A DNA stretch of 64,000 nt from Coriobacteriaceae bacterium (GTDB lineage Bacteria > Actinomycetota > Coriobacteriia > Coriobacteriales > Atopobiaceae): NCBI GenBank assembly GCA_004557505.1, contig SFGZ01000004.1, forward strand, positions 23,866 to 87,865. Direction: 5' to 3'. A program made the translations under genes and the position numbers. Numbering within the stretch: position 1 is the first letter of the stretch; each line of letters starts with the position of its first letter. The notes under the pieces were generated by a model, which had not been told where the DNA came from, ran no database searches, and saw nothing but the letters and a program-made list of their open reading frames with translations. Below are positions 18,539 through 28,548 of this stretch, piece by piece.

Positions 18539-19486
18539 ATGGCGACCAAGTGCAACATCATGACGGACTCGTGCTGCGACTTTTCTCCCGAGGAGGCCGG
18601 GCGGGCGGGCATCACGTGCCTCTCGTTCACCTACACCGAGGCGAGCAAGCCCGACGGCGGCCTCTCCGGCGTTGATGACCTCTTCCAGTCCCGCTCGGCC
18701 CACGAGTTCTACTCCGCCATCGAGAACGGCGCCTGCCCCATGACCTCGCAGCCCTCGCAGATGGTCTACGAGGAGGCGTTTGAGAGGGCCATCGCCTCCG
18801 GCGTCCCCACGGTCCACTTTGCCCTCTCGAGCGGCATCTCCGGTGCGTACAACGGGGCCGTCACAGCGCTTGACCGTGTGCGCGAGAAGCACGGCGGCAC
18901 GCTCCCCACGCCCATCCACGTGGTCGACTGCCTCATCGGCTCCACCACGCAGAACCTCCTCATCCACGCCGCCATCGAGAGGCGCGACGAAGGCCTCACC
19001 GCCGAGGAGCTGGCCGCCTGGGCCGAGGACGCGCGCTTTCACGCCCACACCATCTTCATGGTGGACAACCTCGACGCACTCCACCGCGGCGGGCGCATCC
19101 CCAAGTCCGTCGCCGTGGTGGGCGGCCTTCTCGACGTAAAGCCGCTCCTCACCTTCAACCTCGATGGCTCTCTGGCGATCATGGGCATGGCGCGCGGCCG
19201 CAGGAAGGCCCTGCGCAAGATGGTCGAGTTCTACGAGGACTTCCACGATGCGTCCTACTTCGGCCACGTGGCCGCCATTGGCGACGCGGACTGCGTTGCC
19301 GACGGCGACTCGCTGGCCCGCATGCTCAAGCCCTCCGAGCGCGAGCTCAAGGTCTATCGCTCCTCCATTGGCCCCACGATCGGCTGCCACGTTGGCCCCG
19401 GCATGTGCTCGTGCTGCTTCTGGGGGACGGACCGTCGCGATGACGGGCACAACGATGCAAAGACCAAGGGCAAGGCGGCCAAGTAG
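18539..19486 (+). CDS. DegV-family fatty-acid-binding protein
   Basis: ATG 18539 follows GAGGAG. It has a DegV-type N-terminus (IMTDSCCDFSPEE), then TSQPS and SSGISGAYN blocks. Confidence 0.85.
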   Translation: MATKCNIMTDSCCDFSPEEAGRAGITCLSFTYTEASKPDGGLSGVDDLFQSRSAHEFYSAIENGACPMTSQPSQMVYEEAFERAIASGVPTVHFALSSGISGAYNGAVTALDRVREKHGGTLPTPIHVVDCLIGSTTQNLLIHAAIERRDEGLTAEELAAWAEDARFHAHTIFMVDNLDALHRGGRIPKSVAVVGGLLDVKPLLTFNLDGSLAIMGMARGRRKALRKMVEFYEDFHDASYFGHVAAIGDADCVADGDSLARMLKPSERELKVYRSSIGPTIGCHVGPGMCSCCFWGTDRRDDGHNDAKTKGKAAK

Positions 19487-19553
19487 GCGCCGTGCCTCTC
19501 ACGTACGTTTCCCGGGCCGCGCCGTGGCCCGTCACTATCTCAGGGGGTCTGCG

Positions 19554-21512
19554 ATGAGCTGGACAAGAAGGGAATTCCTCGAACTTGCATCGGCCGGTGC
19601 CGCAAGCATGGGCCTTGCCGCCTGTGGCGCCCCCGCGCCGCAACGGCCCGACGACGCTTCCGACCAAACCCCCTCGGACTCCACGGCGCAGCCCGCCGAC
19701 AACGTCGATCGGGGCGAGTTCAAGAGCCTTGCGCTCGACACGTCGGCCTGGAAGTACGACAAGGACAATGACGTCTACTACCAGCTTGGCCTCACCTACT
19801 GCCTGAAGCCCGCCACGACGGCCTACGAGTCCCTGGCGATCTTCGTCCCCGGCCAGTTCTTCACGGCCGAGAAGAAGGGCAGCACCTATTCCTGCACCGT
19901 GAACGAGAAGGCCGTGGTGGGCGGCTTCACGCCGTCCACGGCGCCAATCCTTCTGCCCATCAACAGCGGCACGCTCTCCCCGCAGGCAAGTCCCACGAAG
20001 TACGGCTATGACGGCCTGGGCACCTTCCTCGACGCCGGCTGCGTCTACGTCTATGCGGGCTTCCGAGGCAGGAGCGCCGGCTACGACTCCTCATCCGGCT
20101 CCACCGATCTCTACCCCGGCGGCGCCCCCTGGCCGGTGGTCGACCTCAAGGCCGCCATTCGCTACCTGCGTTACAACAAGGACGCGCTTCCCTGCGACGT
20201 GTCGAGGGTATTCTCGTTTGGCTTCTCTGCCGGCGGCGGCGTGAGCGCGCTTCTCGGCTCGGCGGGAGACGCCGACATCTATAAGCCCTACCTCGACTCC
20301 ATTGGCGCCATCACCCACGATGCCGAGGGCAACGCCGTCTCCGATGCCGTCTTTGGCAGCGCGTCATGGTGCCCCGCCACCTCCTTCGACACGGCCGATG
20401 CGTCCTATGAGTGGATGATGGGGCAGTTCGCGACCTCCGGCACGCGCGCCGACGGCACGTGGACGGCCGCGCTCTCCCAGGGGCTTGCCGCAGATTACGC
20501 GGGCTACGTCAACGACATGGACCTGCGCGACTCCGACGATTCCCAGCTCACGCTCGACGAGTCTGAGGGCGGCGTCTACACGCTGGGCTCCTATGCGGCG
20601 GAGCTCCTCTCCATCCTCGACGAGTCCGCCACCAACTTCGTCTCTGACGCCACGTTCCCGTATACATATACGCCGCAGCACATCGACGACCCAAGCTTCC
20701 CGGGTGACCCCAACCTCGCGACCACGCGCGCGACCGAGGCGGCCGTGGCGGCTGCCAAGCAGGGGGCGCAGTCGGCTGCGGCGGGGGCCCAGGGCGACGG
20801 CGGCGCGGACGCCACGGAGTCGGCAGACGCCCCCGCGGCCTCCACGACGCTGCCCGCGGGCACCACGCAGGTGCAGTCCACCATCTACGACACCGTGCAG
20901 AACTACTTCGCGGCGCTGAACTCCGACTACTGGTGGATCAACTACAACGTGAGCCGTCAGGAGGTCTCCATCTCGAGCCTGCGCGACTTCTCGATGCACC
21001 TCTGCCCCGCCGAGCAGGCCGTCCTCGCCTTCGACGCCGTTGACCGCTCCTCGAAGACCAACCAGCTCTTTGGCGTCGGCGAGGAGAGCACCCTGCACTT
21101 CGATGGGATGGCTGGCGAGCGCGTGGCGGCGAACGCCGATGCCTATGCCTCGATGGACGGTTGGAACGAGTCCTACGCCACGGCCTGGCAGGACGACCTC
21201 GAGAAGACCGACTCCCTCGGCACCGACATGGCCACGCGCGTCTCCATGTCAAACCCGCTCTACTTCCTGAGCGGCACCTACGACGGCTACGGCACGGGTG
21301 TGGTCGCGCCGCACTGGCGCGTGAACAATGGCGTCTTCGACACCACGACCCCGCTTGCCGTCTCGGCCAACCTGGTGTTGGCGCTGCGTCACTTCAGCGG
21401 CGTCGAGGATGTTTCCTACGTGCCCGTGTGGGGGCAGGGCCACGTGATGGCCGAGCGCTCGGGCACCGCGAGCGACAACCTCCTCTCCTGGGTGGCGTCC
21501 TGCTGCGGATGA
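19554..21512 (+). CDS. Secreted tannase-family alpha/beta hydrolase (Tat signal plus lipobox)
   Basis: The start is trimmed to MSWTRREFLELASAGAASMGLAAC, a twin-Arg motif plus lipobox. GFSAGGGVSALLGSAGD...YKPYLDSIGA...WCPATSFDTADASYEWMM parallels the GxSxG elbow and the downstream CP...AD.AYEW block that I recall from bacterial tannases. Confidence 0.72.
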   Translation: MSWTRREFLELASAGAASMGLAACGAPAPQRPDDASDQTPSDSTAQPADNVDRGEFKSLALDTSAWKYDKDNDVYYQLGLTYCLKPATTAYESLAIFVPGQFFTAEKKGSTYSCTVNEKAVVGGFTPSTAPILLPINSGTLSPQASPTKYGYDGLGTFLDAGCVYVYAGFRGRSAGYDSSSGSTDLYPGGAPWPVVDLKAAIRYLRYNKDALPCDVSRVFSFGFSAGGGVSALLGSAGDADIYKPYLDSIGAITHDAEGNAVSDAVFGSASWCPATSFDTADASYEWMMGQFATSGTRADGTWTAALSQGLAADYAGYVNDMDLRDSDDSQLTLDESEGGVYTLGSYAAELLSILDESATNFVSDATFPYTYTPQHIDDPSFPGDPNLATTRATEAAVAAAKQGAQSAAAGAQGDGGADATESADAPAASTTLPAGTTQVQSTIYDTVQNYFAALNSDYWWINYNVSRQEVSISSLRDFSMHLCPAEQAVLAFDAVDRSSKTNQLFGVGEESTLHFDGMAGERVAANADAYASMDGWNESYATAWQDDLEKTDSLGTDMATRVSMSNPLYFLSGTYDGYGTGVVAPHWRVNNGVFDTTTPLAVSANLVLALRHFSGVEDVSYVPVWGQGHVMAERSGTASDNLLSWVASCCG

Positions 21513-21537
21513 GGCAGGGGGACCGCCCCTTGTCTCA
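21510..21537. repeat. Stop-codon-overlapping palindromic element, copy a
   Basis: TGAGGCAGGGGGACCGCCCCTTGTCTCA. The first TGA is the tannase stop codon. The arms pair with two G:U on the plus-strand RNA. Confidence 0.8.
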
Positions 21538-21553
21538 CCCCTGTCTCACGACG

Positions 21554-22282
21554 ATGATTGGTGCATCCATGGATCAAGACACGCTTGGAGAGAACAACGC
21601 GCGACCGGTCGCCGCGGCCTTCACCAGGCGAGGCTTCATCGCCCTGGCGCTGGCCGGGGCAGCCCTGCCGCTCGTCGCCTGCGGGTCGTCTTCCGGCGCA
21701 AGCCCGGACTCCGGCGCGGACGCGCCCTCCCAGGGTGCCGAGGCGGACTCCGCGAGCGACCGGCCTGAGGGCGCCTATGCCTCGGGCGTCCACCATGCGA
21801 CCATCGAGGTCGCTGACTACGGCATCATCTCGGTGACCCTCAACGCCGACGTTGCCCCCGTCACCGTCTCGAACTTCGCCGACCTCGTCGAGCGGGGCTT
21901 CTACAACGGCCTCACCTTTCACCGCGTGGTGAGGGACTTCATGATCCAAGGCGGCGACCCCAACGGCGATGGCACCGGCGGCTCCGGCGCCACCATCAAG
22001 GGCGAGTTCTCGGCCAACGGCGTGAGGAACGACATCGCCCACGTGCGCGGCACCATCTCGATGGCGCGCTCTTCGGACTACGATTCCGCCAGCTCGCAGT
22101 TCTTCATCGTCCAGAAGGCCGCCCCGTCGCTCAACGGGCAGTATGCCGCCTTCGGTAACGTAACGGATGGCATGGACGTGGTCGATGCCATCGTTGGCGC
22201 GACTGCCGACGAGGGGGATTCCAGCGGGATCCTTCCCGCCGGGGACCAGCCAGCCATCGCCTCCATCACGATGGTGGACTAG
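21554..22282 (+). CDS. Cyclophilin-type peptidyl-prolyl isomerase, exported lipoprotein
   Basis: FHRVVRDFMIQGGDP and GTISMARSSDYDSASSQFFIV are cyclophilin blocks. The N-terminus FTRRGFIALALAGAALPLVAC has a twin-Arg motif plus lipobox. Confidence 0.87.
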   Translation: MIGASMDQDTLGENNARPVAAAFTRRGFIALALAGAALPLVACGSSSGASPDSGADAPSQGAEADSASDRPEGAYASGVHHATIEVADYGIISVTLNADVAPVTVSNFADLVERGFYNGLTFHRVVRDFMIQGGDPNGDGTGGSGATIKGEFSANGVRNDIAHVRGTISMARSSDYDSASSQFFIVQKAAPSLNGQYAAFGNVTDGMDVVDAIVGATADEGDSSGILPAGDQPAIASITMVD

Positions 22283-22494
22283 CGCCCGCAGATGCCCCTG
22301 CCCGCAGGGCCGCAGCGCCGCCGGTACCCCCGCGGCGCCGAATGCGCCCGCATGCGCCTCGCCCGCGGCACCCATATCGAAATAAACTCATTAAGATAGT
22401 GCGCTTTGCCGCAATAGGCAAGGGCATATATCCAAATGCTATGGAAAACACCGTTATCGTGATATACTCATGTGCATGAGAAAGGAGTTTTCGC

Positions 22495-22995
22495 ATGTAT
22501 GAGATTGGAGAGTACGTTGTCCATCCGGGTCAGGGCGTGTGCCGCGTCGAGGACGTGACGAATGGCCCCACCCCCTGCTATCAGCTCATGCCCGTCGGGG
22601 AGCGCCGTCCCATGCGCATCAGCTATCCCATCTCCGGTGAGTCCCGCCTGCGTCCGGTCCTCTCGGCCGAGGAGGCGCGCTCCATCATCGACGAGTACCC
22701 CACCATGGAGGTGGAGTCCTACTCCGAGCACAGCAGAACCCTTGAGGAGCAGCACTTCAAGGACGAGATTCGCCGTGGCAGCTGCCAGGACTCCGTGCGC
22801 ATCGTGAAGACCTTCCGCGAGCGCATCGACGAGGTCAAGTCTCGCAACAAGAAGCCCCCCGTGGTCTTTGACCGCATCCTCAAGCTGGCAACGGCCCGCT
22901 CGCTCCAGGAGCTCTCCGTTGCGCTTGAAACCACGCCCGAGGACGTCCAGGCGCTCTTTGAGGGCGCGCTTGACGCTGCGGAGGGGGAGAACTAG
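22495..22995 (+). CDS. carD: CarD-family transcriptional regulator
   Basis: MYEIGEYVVHPGQGVCRVEDV matches the CarD/CdnL/TRCF RNAP-interacting N-domain. AAAGGAG lies 8 nt upstream. Confidence 0.85.
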   Translation: MYEIGEYVVHPGQGVCRVEDVTNGPTPCYQLMPVGERRPMRISYPISGESRLRPVLSAEEARSIIDEYPTMEVESYSEHSRTLEEQHFKDEIRRGSCQDSVRIVKTFRERIDEVKSRNKKPPVVFDRILKLATARSLQELSVALETTPEDVQALFEGALDAAEGEN

Positions 22996-23112
22996 CCGAG
23001 AGTCGATTGCCAAGGGCCCCACCTCCGGCGGGGAGCACTCCCGACGGGCGCCCTCGCAATGCCGCGCCCGGCATCCCGGCATCCCGGTGATCCTTTATTC
23101 ACCTCACGCGAG

Positions 23113-23152
23113 CGGCGCGGCGCCTTGGCAGCTTGCCAAAGGCGCCGCGCCG
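23113..23152 (+). other. Long GC hairpin between carD and the ACT gene (possible U-tract-less terminator or attenuator)
   Basis: CGGCGCGGCGCCTTGGCA - GCT - TGCCAAAGGCGCCGCGCCG, about 18 bp with a one-base bulge. Confidence 0.4.
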
Positions 23153-23268
23153 TGCATGCGCCCGTATTCTTTCGGCTACGTTGCCATTCTCGCTGGCGCG
23201 ATGGCTTTTCGCCCACCTTGGGTAAAATTGGCCCCATACCCCTAAATGGCCTCGACCAAGGAGGATTC

Positions 23269-23565
23269 GTGCCTACCGCAGACGAGACAGACCAGAACCG
23301 AGCGATCATCACCGTCCTGGGGCACGACCGCCCGGGCATCGTTGCAGCAGTGTCCACGGAGCTCTCCGAGCGTTCCGCCAACATCCTCGACATCTCGCAG
23401 ACCATCCTCCAGGGAACGTTCACGATGACCATGCTCGTGGACCTGGCGGAGGTCAAGGCGGACTTCTCCGAGCTCAAGGATGCCCTCGACAGCCTCTCGG
23501 AGCGCCTGGGCGTCCAGATTCGCATCCAGCGCGAGGAAGTCTTCCACTACATGTATCGCCTGTAG
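23269..23565 (+). CDS. ACT-domain protein (UPF0237-like)
   Basis: GTG 23269 is preceded by AAGGAGGA. RAIITVLGHDRPGIVAAVSTELSERSANILDISQT is an ACT fold signature. Confidence 0.8.
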   Translation: MPTADETDQNRAIITVLGHDRPGIVAAVSTELSERSANILDISQTILQGTFTMTMLVDLAEVKADFSELKDALDSLSERLGVQIRIQREEVFHYMYRL

Positions 23566-23639
23566 TTCGCCTCTGCGCAAACACACGGTCTTCGGTACGT
23601 CCGCCCTGCGTTGCGGGACGGCGAGAAAGGTGTTAGGCC

Positions 23640-25187
23640 ATGCCAATCTTCAAGTCAATCCACAGCAGGAACGAGGTATTCGGGCCCATTCTCTCGGCGC
23701 TCGACACCTCTGCCATGACCCATGTGGCAGACGCCCACCCCATGCCCTCCAAGGGCCTTGGGCGTCCCGCCGTCTCCGACGGCCTCTATGACGGCCACAA
23801 GGACGCCAACGTTCTCGACGGTGACCTCTACGCCCGCTATGACGTGAAGCGCGGCCTGCGCAACGCTGACGGCTCTGGCGTGCTGGTGGGGCTCACGACC
23901 ATCTCGAACGTCCACGGCTACACCAAGGAGAACGGCGTGGCCGTGCCCGACAAGGGCGACCTCATCCTTCGCGGCTACCACATCGAGGACCTGGTGGCGG
24001 GCACGCAGCACGAGGACCGCTTTGGCTACGAGGAGGTGGCCTACCTCGTGATTGCGGGCCATCTGCCCACCTCCTCCGAGCTGGACGACTTCCGCGCCCG
24101 CATCGACTCGCGAAGGCAGCTGCCCGACGGCTACCTCTCGATCTTCCCGCGCGCCACCTACAGCCACTCGATCATGAACGTGCTGCAGCGCGCGACGCTG
24201 CTGCTCTACGCCTTCGACCCCACGCCGGACGACACCTCTCCCGAGCACGAGATCGACGTGGCCCTCTCGCTTCTCGGCCGCTGGCCGCGCACGGCCGCCG
24301 TGGCGCACGCCGCAAGCGTGGCGGCGATGAACGACGATCGCCTGGTGGTGCCGCCGGCGCGCGAGGGCTTCTCGATGGCCGAGACGGTGCTCGACGTGCT
24401 TCGCGGCGACGAGGGGTTCACGCACGAAGAGGCCATGATGCTTGATGTCATGCTCATGCTTCACGTCGAGCACGGCGGCGGCAACAACTCCACCTTCACC
24501 ACGCGCGTGCTCTCGTCCTCGGGGACCGACGCCTACTCCGCCTACGCCGCGGCGCTGGGCTCGCTCAAGGGCCCCAAGCACGGCGGCGCCAACTTCAAGG
24601 TTGGCGAGATGATCGACGACATTGGCGCCAACGTGGCCGACTGGACCAACGACGACGAGGTGGCGGGCTACCTCGAGAAGATCGTCCGCGGCGAGGCCTT
24701 CGACCAGACCGGCCTCATCTACGGCCTGGGGCACGCGGTCTACACGCTCTCCGACCCCCGCGCGCAGCTGGTCAAGCGCTATGCGCGCAAGCTCGCGCGC
24801 AAGAAGGGCGCCGAGAGCAAGCTCGACCTCATCGAGAGCATCGAGCGCCTGGGGCCCGAGGTCATGCGCGATGTCAAGGGGACCAAGAAGCCCATCTGCG
24901 CCAACATCGACATGTACACGGGCTTTGTCTACTCCATGCTGGGCGTGCCCAAGAACCTCTATACGCCCATCTTCGCCATGGCGCGCCTCGCGGGCTGGGT
25001 GGCGCACCGCATGGAGGAGCTCTATGGCGCGGGCCGCATCATCAGGCCGGCGTACCGCTCGGTCTTCGACATGCGCGAGTATGTGCCGCTTGGAGAGCGC
25101 GACGCCGCTGCTGCCGTTGCCGACGCCGCCGCGGACGGACGGGACGCCGATGGCGCGCCGGGAGAGGGCACGGCCGATGCCCGATAG
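23640..25187 (+). CDS. gltA: Citrate synthase
   Basis: HVEHGGGNNSTF, GPKHGGAN, GLGHAVY and NIDMYTG are citrate synthase active-site blocks. Confidence 0.88.
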   Translation: MPIFKSIHSRNEVFGPILSALDTSAMTHVADAHPMPSKGLGRPAVSDGLYDGHKDANVLDGDLYARYDVKRGLRNADGSGVLVGLTTISNVHGYTKENGVAVPDKGDLILRGYHIEDLVAGTQHEDRFGYEEVAYLVIAGHLPTSSELDDFRARIDSRRQLPDGYLSIFPRATYSHSIMNVLQRATLLLYAFDPTPDDTSPEHEIDVALSLLGRWPRTAAVAHAASVAAMNDDRLVVPPAREGFSMAETVLDVLRGDEGFTHEEAMMLDVMLMLHVEHGGGNNSTFTTRVLSSSGTDAYSAYAAALGSLKGPKHGGANFKVGEMIDDIGANVADWTNDDEVAGYLEKIVRGEAFDQTGLIYGLGHAVYTLSDPRAQLVKRYARKLARKKGAESKLDLIESIERLGPEVMRDVKGTKKPICANIDMYTGFVYSMLGVPKNLYTPIFAMARLAGWVAHRMEELYGAGRIIRPAYRSVFDMREYVPLGERDAAAAVADAAADGRDADGAPGEGTADAR

Positions 25188-26055
25188 CGCGCCCCCCGAT
25201 GCCCCGGGGGCACGCGAGCGCCCTCGCATCGTCTTCGCGGACATGGACGACACCTTCCTCGCGCCCGACAAGACGCTGCTTCCGCGCAACATGGCCATGC
25301 TCGACCGCCTTGCCGAGGAGGGCATAGAGTTCGTCCCATGCACGGGACGCGCCTGGCATGCGGTCCCGAAGGAGGTCCGCAGGCACCCCGCGACACGCTA
25401 TGCCATCCCCTCAGACGGCTCCGTGGTGATAGGGGCGGCGTCGGAGGAGGTCCTGCTCGACCAGAGCCTGGGCGGCGAGCGCGCGCTGGCGCTCCTCTCG
25501 CGCGTGCGCGGCCTGCTCGGCCGCATGTCCTTCGAGGTGTACGCAGACGGGCGAGTGTTCACCGACATGCACGGCTGGGGGCTCATAGAGAGGCTGGGGC
25601 TGCCTGCGGCGCAGACCGCGTACATGCGGGCGTCTCGCACGCTGGTGGACGGGCCGATCGAGGAGGCCATCCGCGCCGCCCGGACGGTCGAGCGCGTGGG
25701 CATGTGCTGGGGCGTCACCCCCAATGCGCACGAGCTTGCCGCTGCGGCGCGGGCGGCCGTCGGGAAGGACCCGACGCTGCGCCACACCGGCTCCAACGAT
25801 AGCGCCATCGAGGTGATCGACGCGCGGGCGTCGAAGGGCGCGGCGCTGGCGTGGCTGTGCGACAGCCTTGGCATCCCTCGCGGGCGGAGCATGGCGTTCG
25901 GGGACTCGCCCAACGACCTCGAGATGGTTCGCGCGGCAGGGGATGGCGTGGCCGTGGGCAATGCGTGCGAGGCGCTCGTCGCCGAGGCGGATCACGTGAC
26001 GGCCACCAACGCCGAGAGCGGCTTCGCTAGATACCTGGAGGGCGTTCTCGGCTGA
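25177..26055 (+). CDS. Cof-type HAD-IIB hydrolase
   Basis: ATG 25177 overlaps the gltA end. Motif I is VFADMDDTFL and motif III/IV is FGDSPNDLEM. It has a Cof-like cap. Confidence 0.8.
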   Translation: MPDSAPPDAPGARERPRIVFADMDDTFLAPDKTLLPRNMAMLDRLAEEGIEFVPCTGRAWHAVPKEVRRHPATRYAIPSDGSVVIGAASEEVLLDQSLGGERALALLSRVRGLLGRMSFEVYADGRVFTDMHGWGLIERLGLPAAQTAYMRASRTLVDGPIEEAIRAARTVERVGMCWGVTPNAHELAAAARAAVGKDPTLRHTGSNDSAIEVIDARASKGAALAWLCDSLGIPRGRSMAFGDSPNDLEMVRAAGDGVAVGNACEALVAEADHVTATNAESGFARYLEGVLG

Positions 26056-26111
26056 CGGCCGCGCGTGCGGCTGAGGCTGGCCGTGGCCGCCGCCGGACGG
26101 TTTTGCAGCCC

Positions 26112-26158
26112 GCGCAAAAATAAGCGCCGAGAAGCCCGACAACGGGGCTTCTCGGCGC
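26112..26158 (-). terminator. Rho-independent terminator of kup (hairpin shared with the convergent HAD gene)
   Basis: Perfect 14-bp stem GCGCCGAGAAGCCC / GGGCTTCTCGGCGC. On the minus strand it is followed by TTATTTTTGCG. Confidence 0.6.
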
Positions 26159-26205
26159 AGGGGTCACCGGGCCGCACGCATCCTGGGGGCGAGCGCCCCT
26201 CTCGG

Positions 26206-28548
26206 CTACTTTGCGCTGTCCCCGCCCCGCCTGCCGCTTTCTGCCTCGGCGGCCTTGGCGGCGTACTCGAGCTCTTCCTCCTCGGAGCCCTCGCCGTCAT
26301 CCTCGCCGTCGTCATCGTCCTCGTCGATGCGCAGCGGCTTGAAGCTCGCCGTGTCACCGCCAACCAGGGTCTTCTCGGCGTCCGTAGCGTTCTCCTCGCG
26401 CTCGTTGTGCATGGCGGCCGAGAAGATGTCCTCGTCGTCGGAGTCGCTGCCGCCCTCGGAGGGCTTGGCCTCTGCCTTCTTGGGCGCCGCCAGCGCCGCC
26501 TTGGAGTCCAGTGGGATGCGCGTGAGCTTGTGTTGGCGCTTGGCCTTGGTGAAGAGCGGCACGTACTCGAAGATCACGGAGGAGTTCTCCAGGCCGTACC
26601 AGCGCATGGGAGTTCCGCACAGGCGGCGGATGAAGTACTTTGCCTCGATGGTGCGCGCGTCCGTGCCCGAGATGTCCGTCTCGGGCGAGAGGACCTTGCG
26701 GATCAGGCAGAAGCGGAAGTCGCCCACGATGCCGTGCTTGCGGTAGATCGAGTATCTGTGGTTTTGCGGGGCAAGCTGGTTGCTCTCCACCAGGTCCGCG
26801 ACGACCTGGTAGAGGTAGGTGTTCACGCGCTGGTTTACGCGGAAGCCCAGGCGAAGCTGCACCTTGAACACGAAGTCGGTGTCGAAGGTGTTGACCATGT
26901 ACTCGTGGGTGTAGGGCTCGTCGGTCACCTGGACGTTGAGGAAGTAGTACGCTCTCGCTCGCTTGGGTCGCTTGTCCAGGATGGAGTAGAGGATGTCGCG
27001 GTCGAGCTTGTCGAGCGACGAGTCGTTGGTGAGGAAGACCAGGTTGTCGGCGAGCAGCGGATAGGACTCGTCGTGGGAGAGGTCGAGGAGCTGGTCGAGG
27101 TACTTGCGCACCGGCAGGTAGACGGACTGCGTGTGCTCGATGGCCGTCCCGCGCCGCCAGATGTACATGACCAGGAAGAGAACGGTGGCGAGAAGCACGG
27201 TGACGTAGCCGCCGTGGAAGAACTTGGTGAGGCTCGAGAAGAAGAACATGAACTCGACGGCACCAAAGAAGATGAGGAAGACCACGGCCGCCGCGGGCTT
27301 GTGGCGGATGCGCGAGAGGTACGTGAAGAGCAGGACCGTGGTCATGAGCATGGTGCAGGTGATGGCCAGGCCATAGGCGGCCTCCATGTGCTCGGAGCTC
27401 CGGAAGAGCAGGACGACGCCCATGCAGCCGATCCACATGAAGCTGTTGACCAGCGGGATGTAGATCTGGCCGCGCGTCTCGGAGGGGTAGTTGGTCTTCA
27501 TGTGGGGCATGAGGTCGAGACGGATCGCCTCGGAGACGATGGAGTAGGAGCCCGTGATGAGGGCCTGCGAGGCGATGATGGCCGCGAAGGTGGAGAGGAT
27601 CACGGCAAAGACGCGGAACTCCTCGGGCACCATCTGGAAGAAGGGGTTGAGGTCCGTCACGGCGGCAAGCTCGCCGCTGCCGCGGTTGGCGATGATCCAG
27701 GCGCCCTGCCCCAGGTAGTTGAGGATCAGGCAGGCCTTCACGAAGGGCCAGGTCACGTAGATGTTGGGCTTGCCAACGTGGCCCATGTCGGAGTAGAGCG
27801 CCTCGGCGCCGGTGGTGCAGAGGAAGACGTTGCCCAGCACCATGAGCCCCGCAGCGTTGAGGTTGTGGTCGAGCAGGAACATGATGCCGCGCAGCGGGTT
27901 GAGCGCGCGGAAGACGTTGAGGTCATGCCCCATGTTGAGCAGGCCGGTGATGCCCAAAAAGAGGAACCACACGGTCATGATGGGGCCGAACGCCTTGCCG
28001 ATGGTGGAGGTGCCCGCCTTCTGCATGGCAAAGAGGACGCAGAGAATGGCGAGGGTTATGCCAACCACGATGGCTTGGTTGCCCCCGATGATGCCGTAGA
28101 AGAAGTCGATGGTGCGCAGGCCCTCGATGGCGGTGGTAACGGTGACGGCAGGCGTCAGGATGCCGTCGGCGAGAAGGGCGGCGCCGCCGACCATGGCGGG
28201 GATGATGAGCCACTTGCCGCAGCGCCTGACAAGGCTGTAGAGCGCGAAGATGCCGCCCTCGTTGTGGTTGTCGGCCTTCATTGCCACCAGCACGTACTTG
28301 ACGGTGGTGATGAGCGTGAGGGTCCAGATGATGAGCGACAGCGCGCCGAGAACCACGTCCTCGCCCATCGTGGCCAGCCCGCCGTTGCCGGACATGATGG
28401 CCTTGAGGGTATACATCGGGCTGGTGCCGATGTCACCGTAGACGACGCCGAGCGTTACGAGCACCATGCCTGCCGAGAGGGGAATGCCGCCCTTCTTAAC
28501 GGGCCTCTTGGCTCGCCTGGCTGCCGCCGGTGCGTTGGATGTAAGCAT
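26206..28548 (-). CDS. kup: KUP/HAK/KT potassium transporter with an acidic C-terminal extension
   Basis: VVYGDIGTSPMY signature with about 12 TM helices. The start is trimmed to ATG 28548, with GGAG 6 nt upstream. Confidence 0.9.
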   Translation of the reverse strand: MLTSNAPAAARRAKRPVKKGGIPLSAGMVLVTLGVVYGDIGTSPMYTLKAIMSGNGGLATMGEDVVLGALSLIIWTLTLITTVKYVLVAMKADNHNEGGIFALYSLVRRCGKWLIIPAMVGGAALLADGILTPAVTVTTAIEGLRTIDFFYGIIGGNQAIVVGITLAILCVLFAMQKAGTSTIGKAFGPIMTVWFLFLGITGLLNMGHDLNVFRALNPLRGIMFLLDHNLNAAGLMVLGNVFLCTTGAEALYSDMGHVGKPNIYVTWPFVKACLILNYLGQGAWIIANRGSGELAAVTDLNPFFQMVPEEFRVFAVILSTFAAIIASQALITGSYSIVSEAIRLDLMPHMKTNYPSETRGQIYIPLVNSFMWIGCMGVVLLFRSSEHMEAAYGLAITCTMLMTTVLLFTYLSRIRHKPAAAVVFLIFFGAVEFMFFFSSLTKFFHGGYVTVLLATVLFLVMYIWRRGTAIEHTQSVYLPVRKYLDQLLDLSHDESYPLLADNLVFLTNDSSLDKLDRDILYSILDKRPKRARAYYFLNVQVTDEPYTHEYMVNTFDTDFVFKVQLRLGFRVNQRVNTYLYQVVADLVESNQLAPQNHRYSIYRKHGIVGDFRFCLIRKVLSPETDISGTDARTIEAKYFIRRLCGTPMRWYGLENSSVIFEYVPLFTKAKRQHKLTRIPLDSKAALAAPKKAEAKPSEGGSDSDDEDIFSAAMHNEREENATDAEKTLVGGDTASFKPLRIDEDDDDGEDDGEGSEEEELEYAAKAAEAESGRRGGDSAK

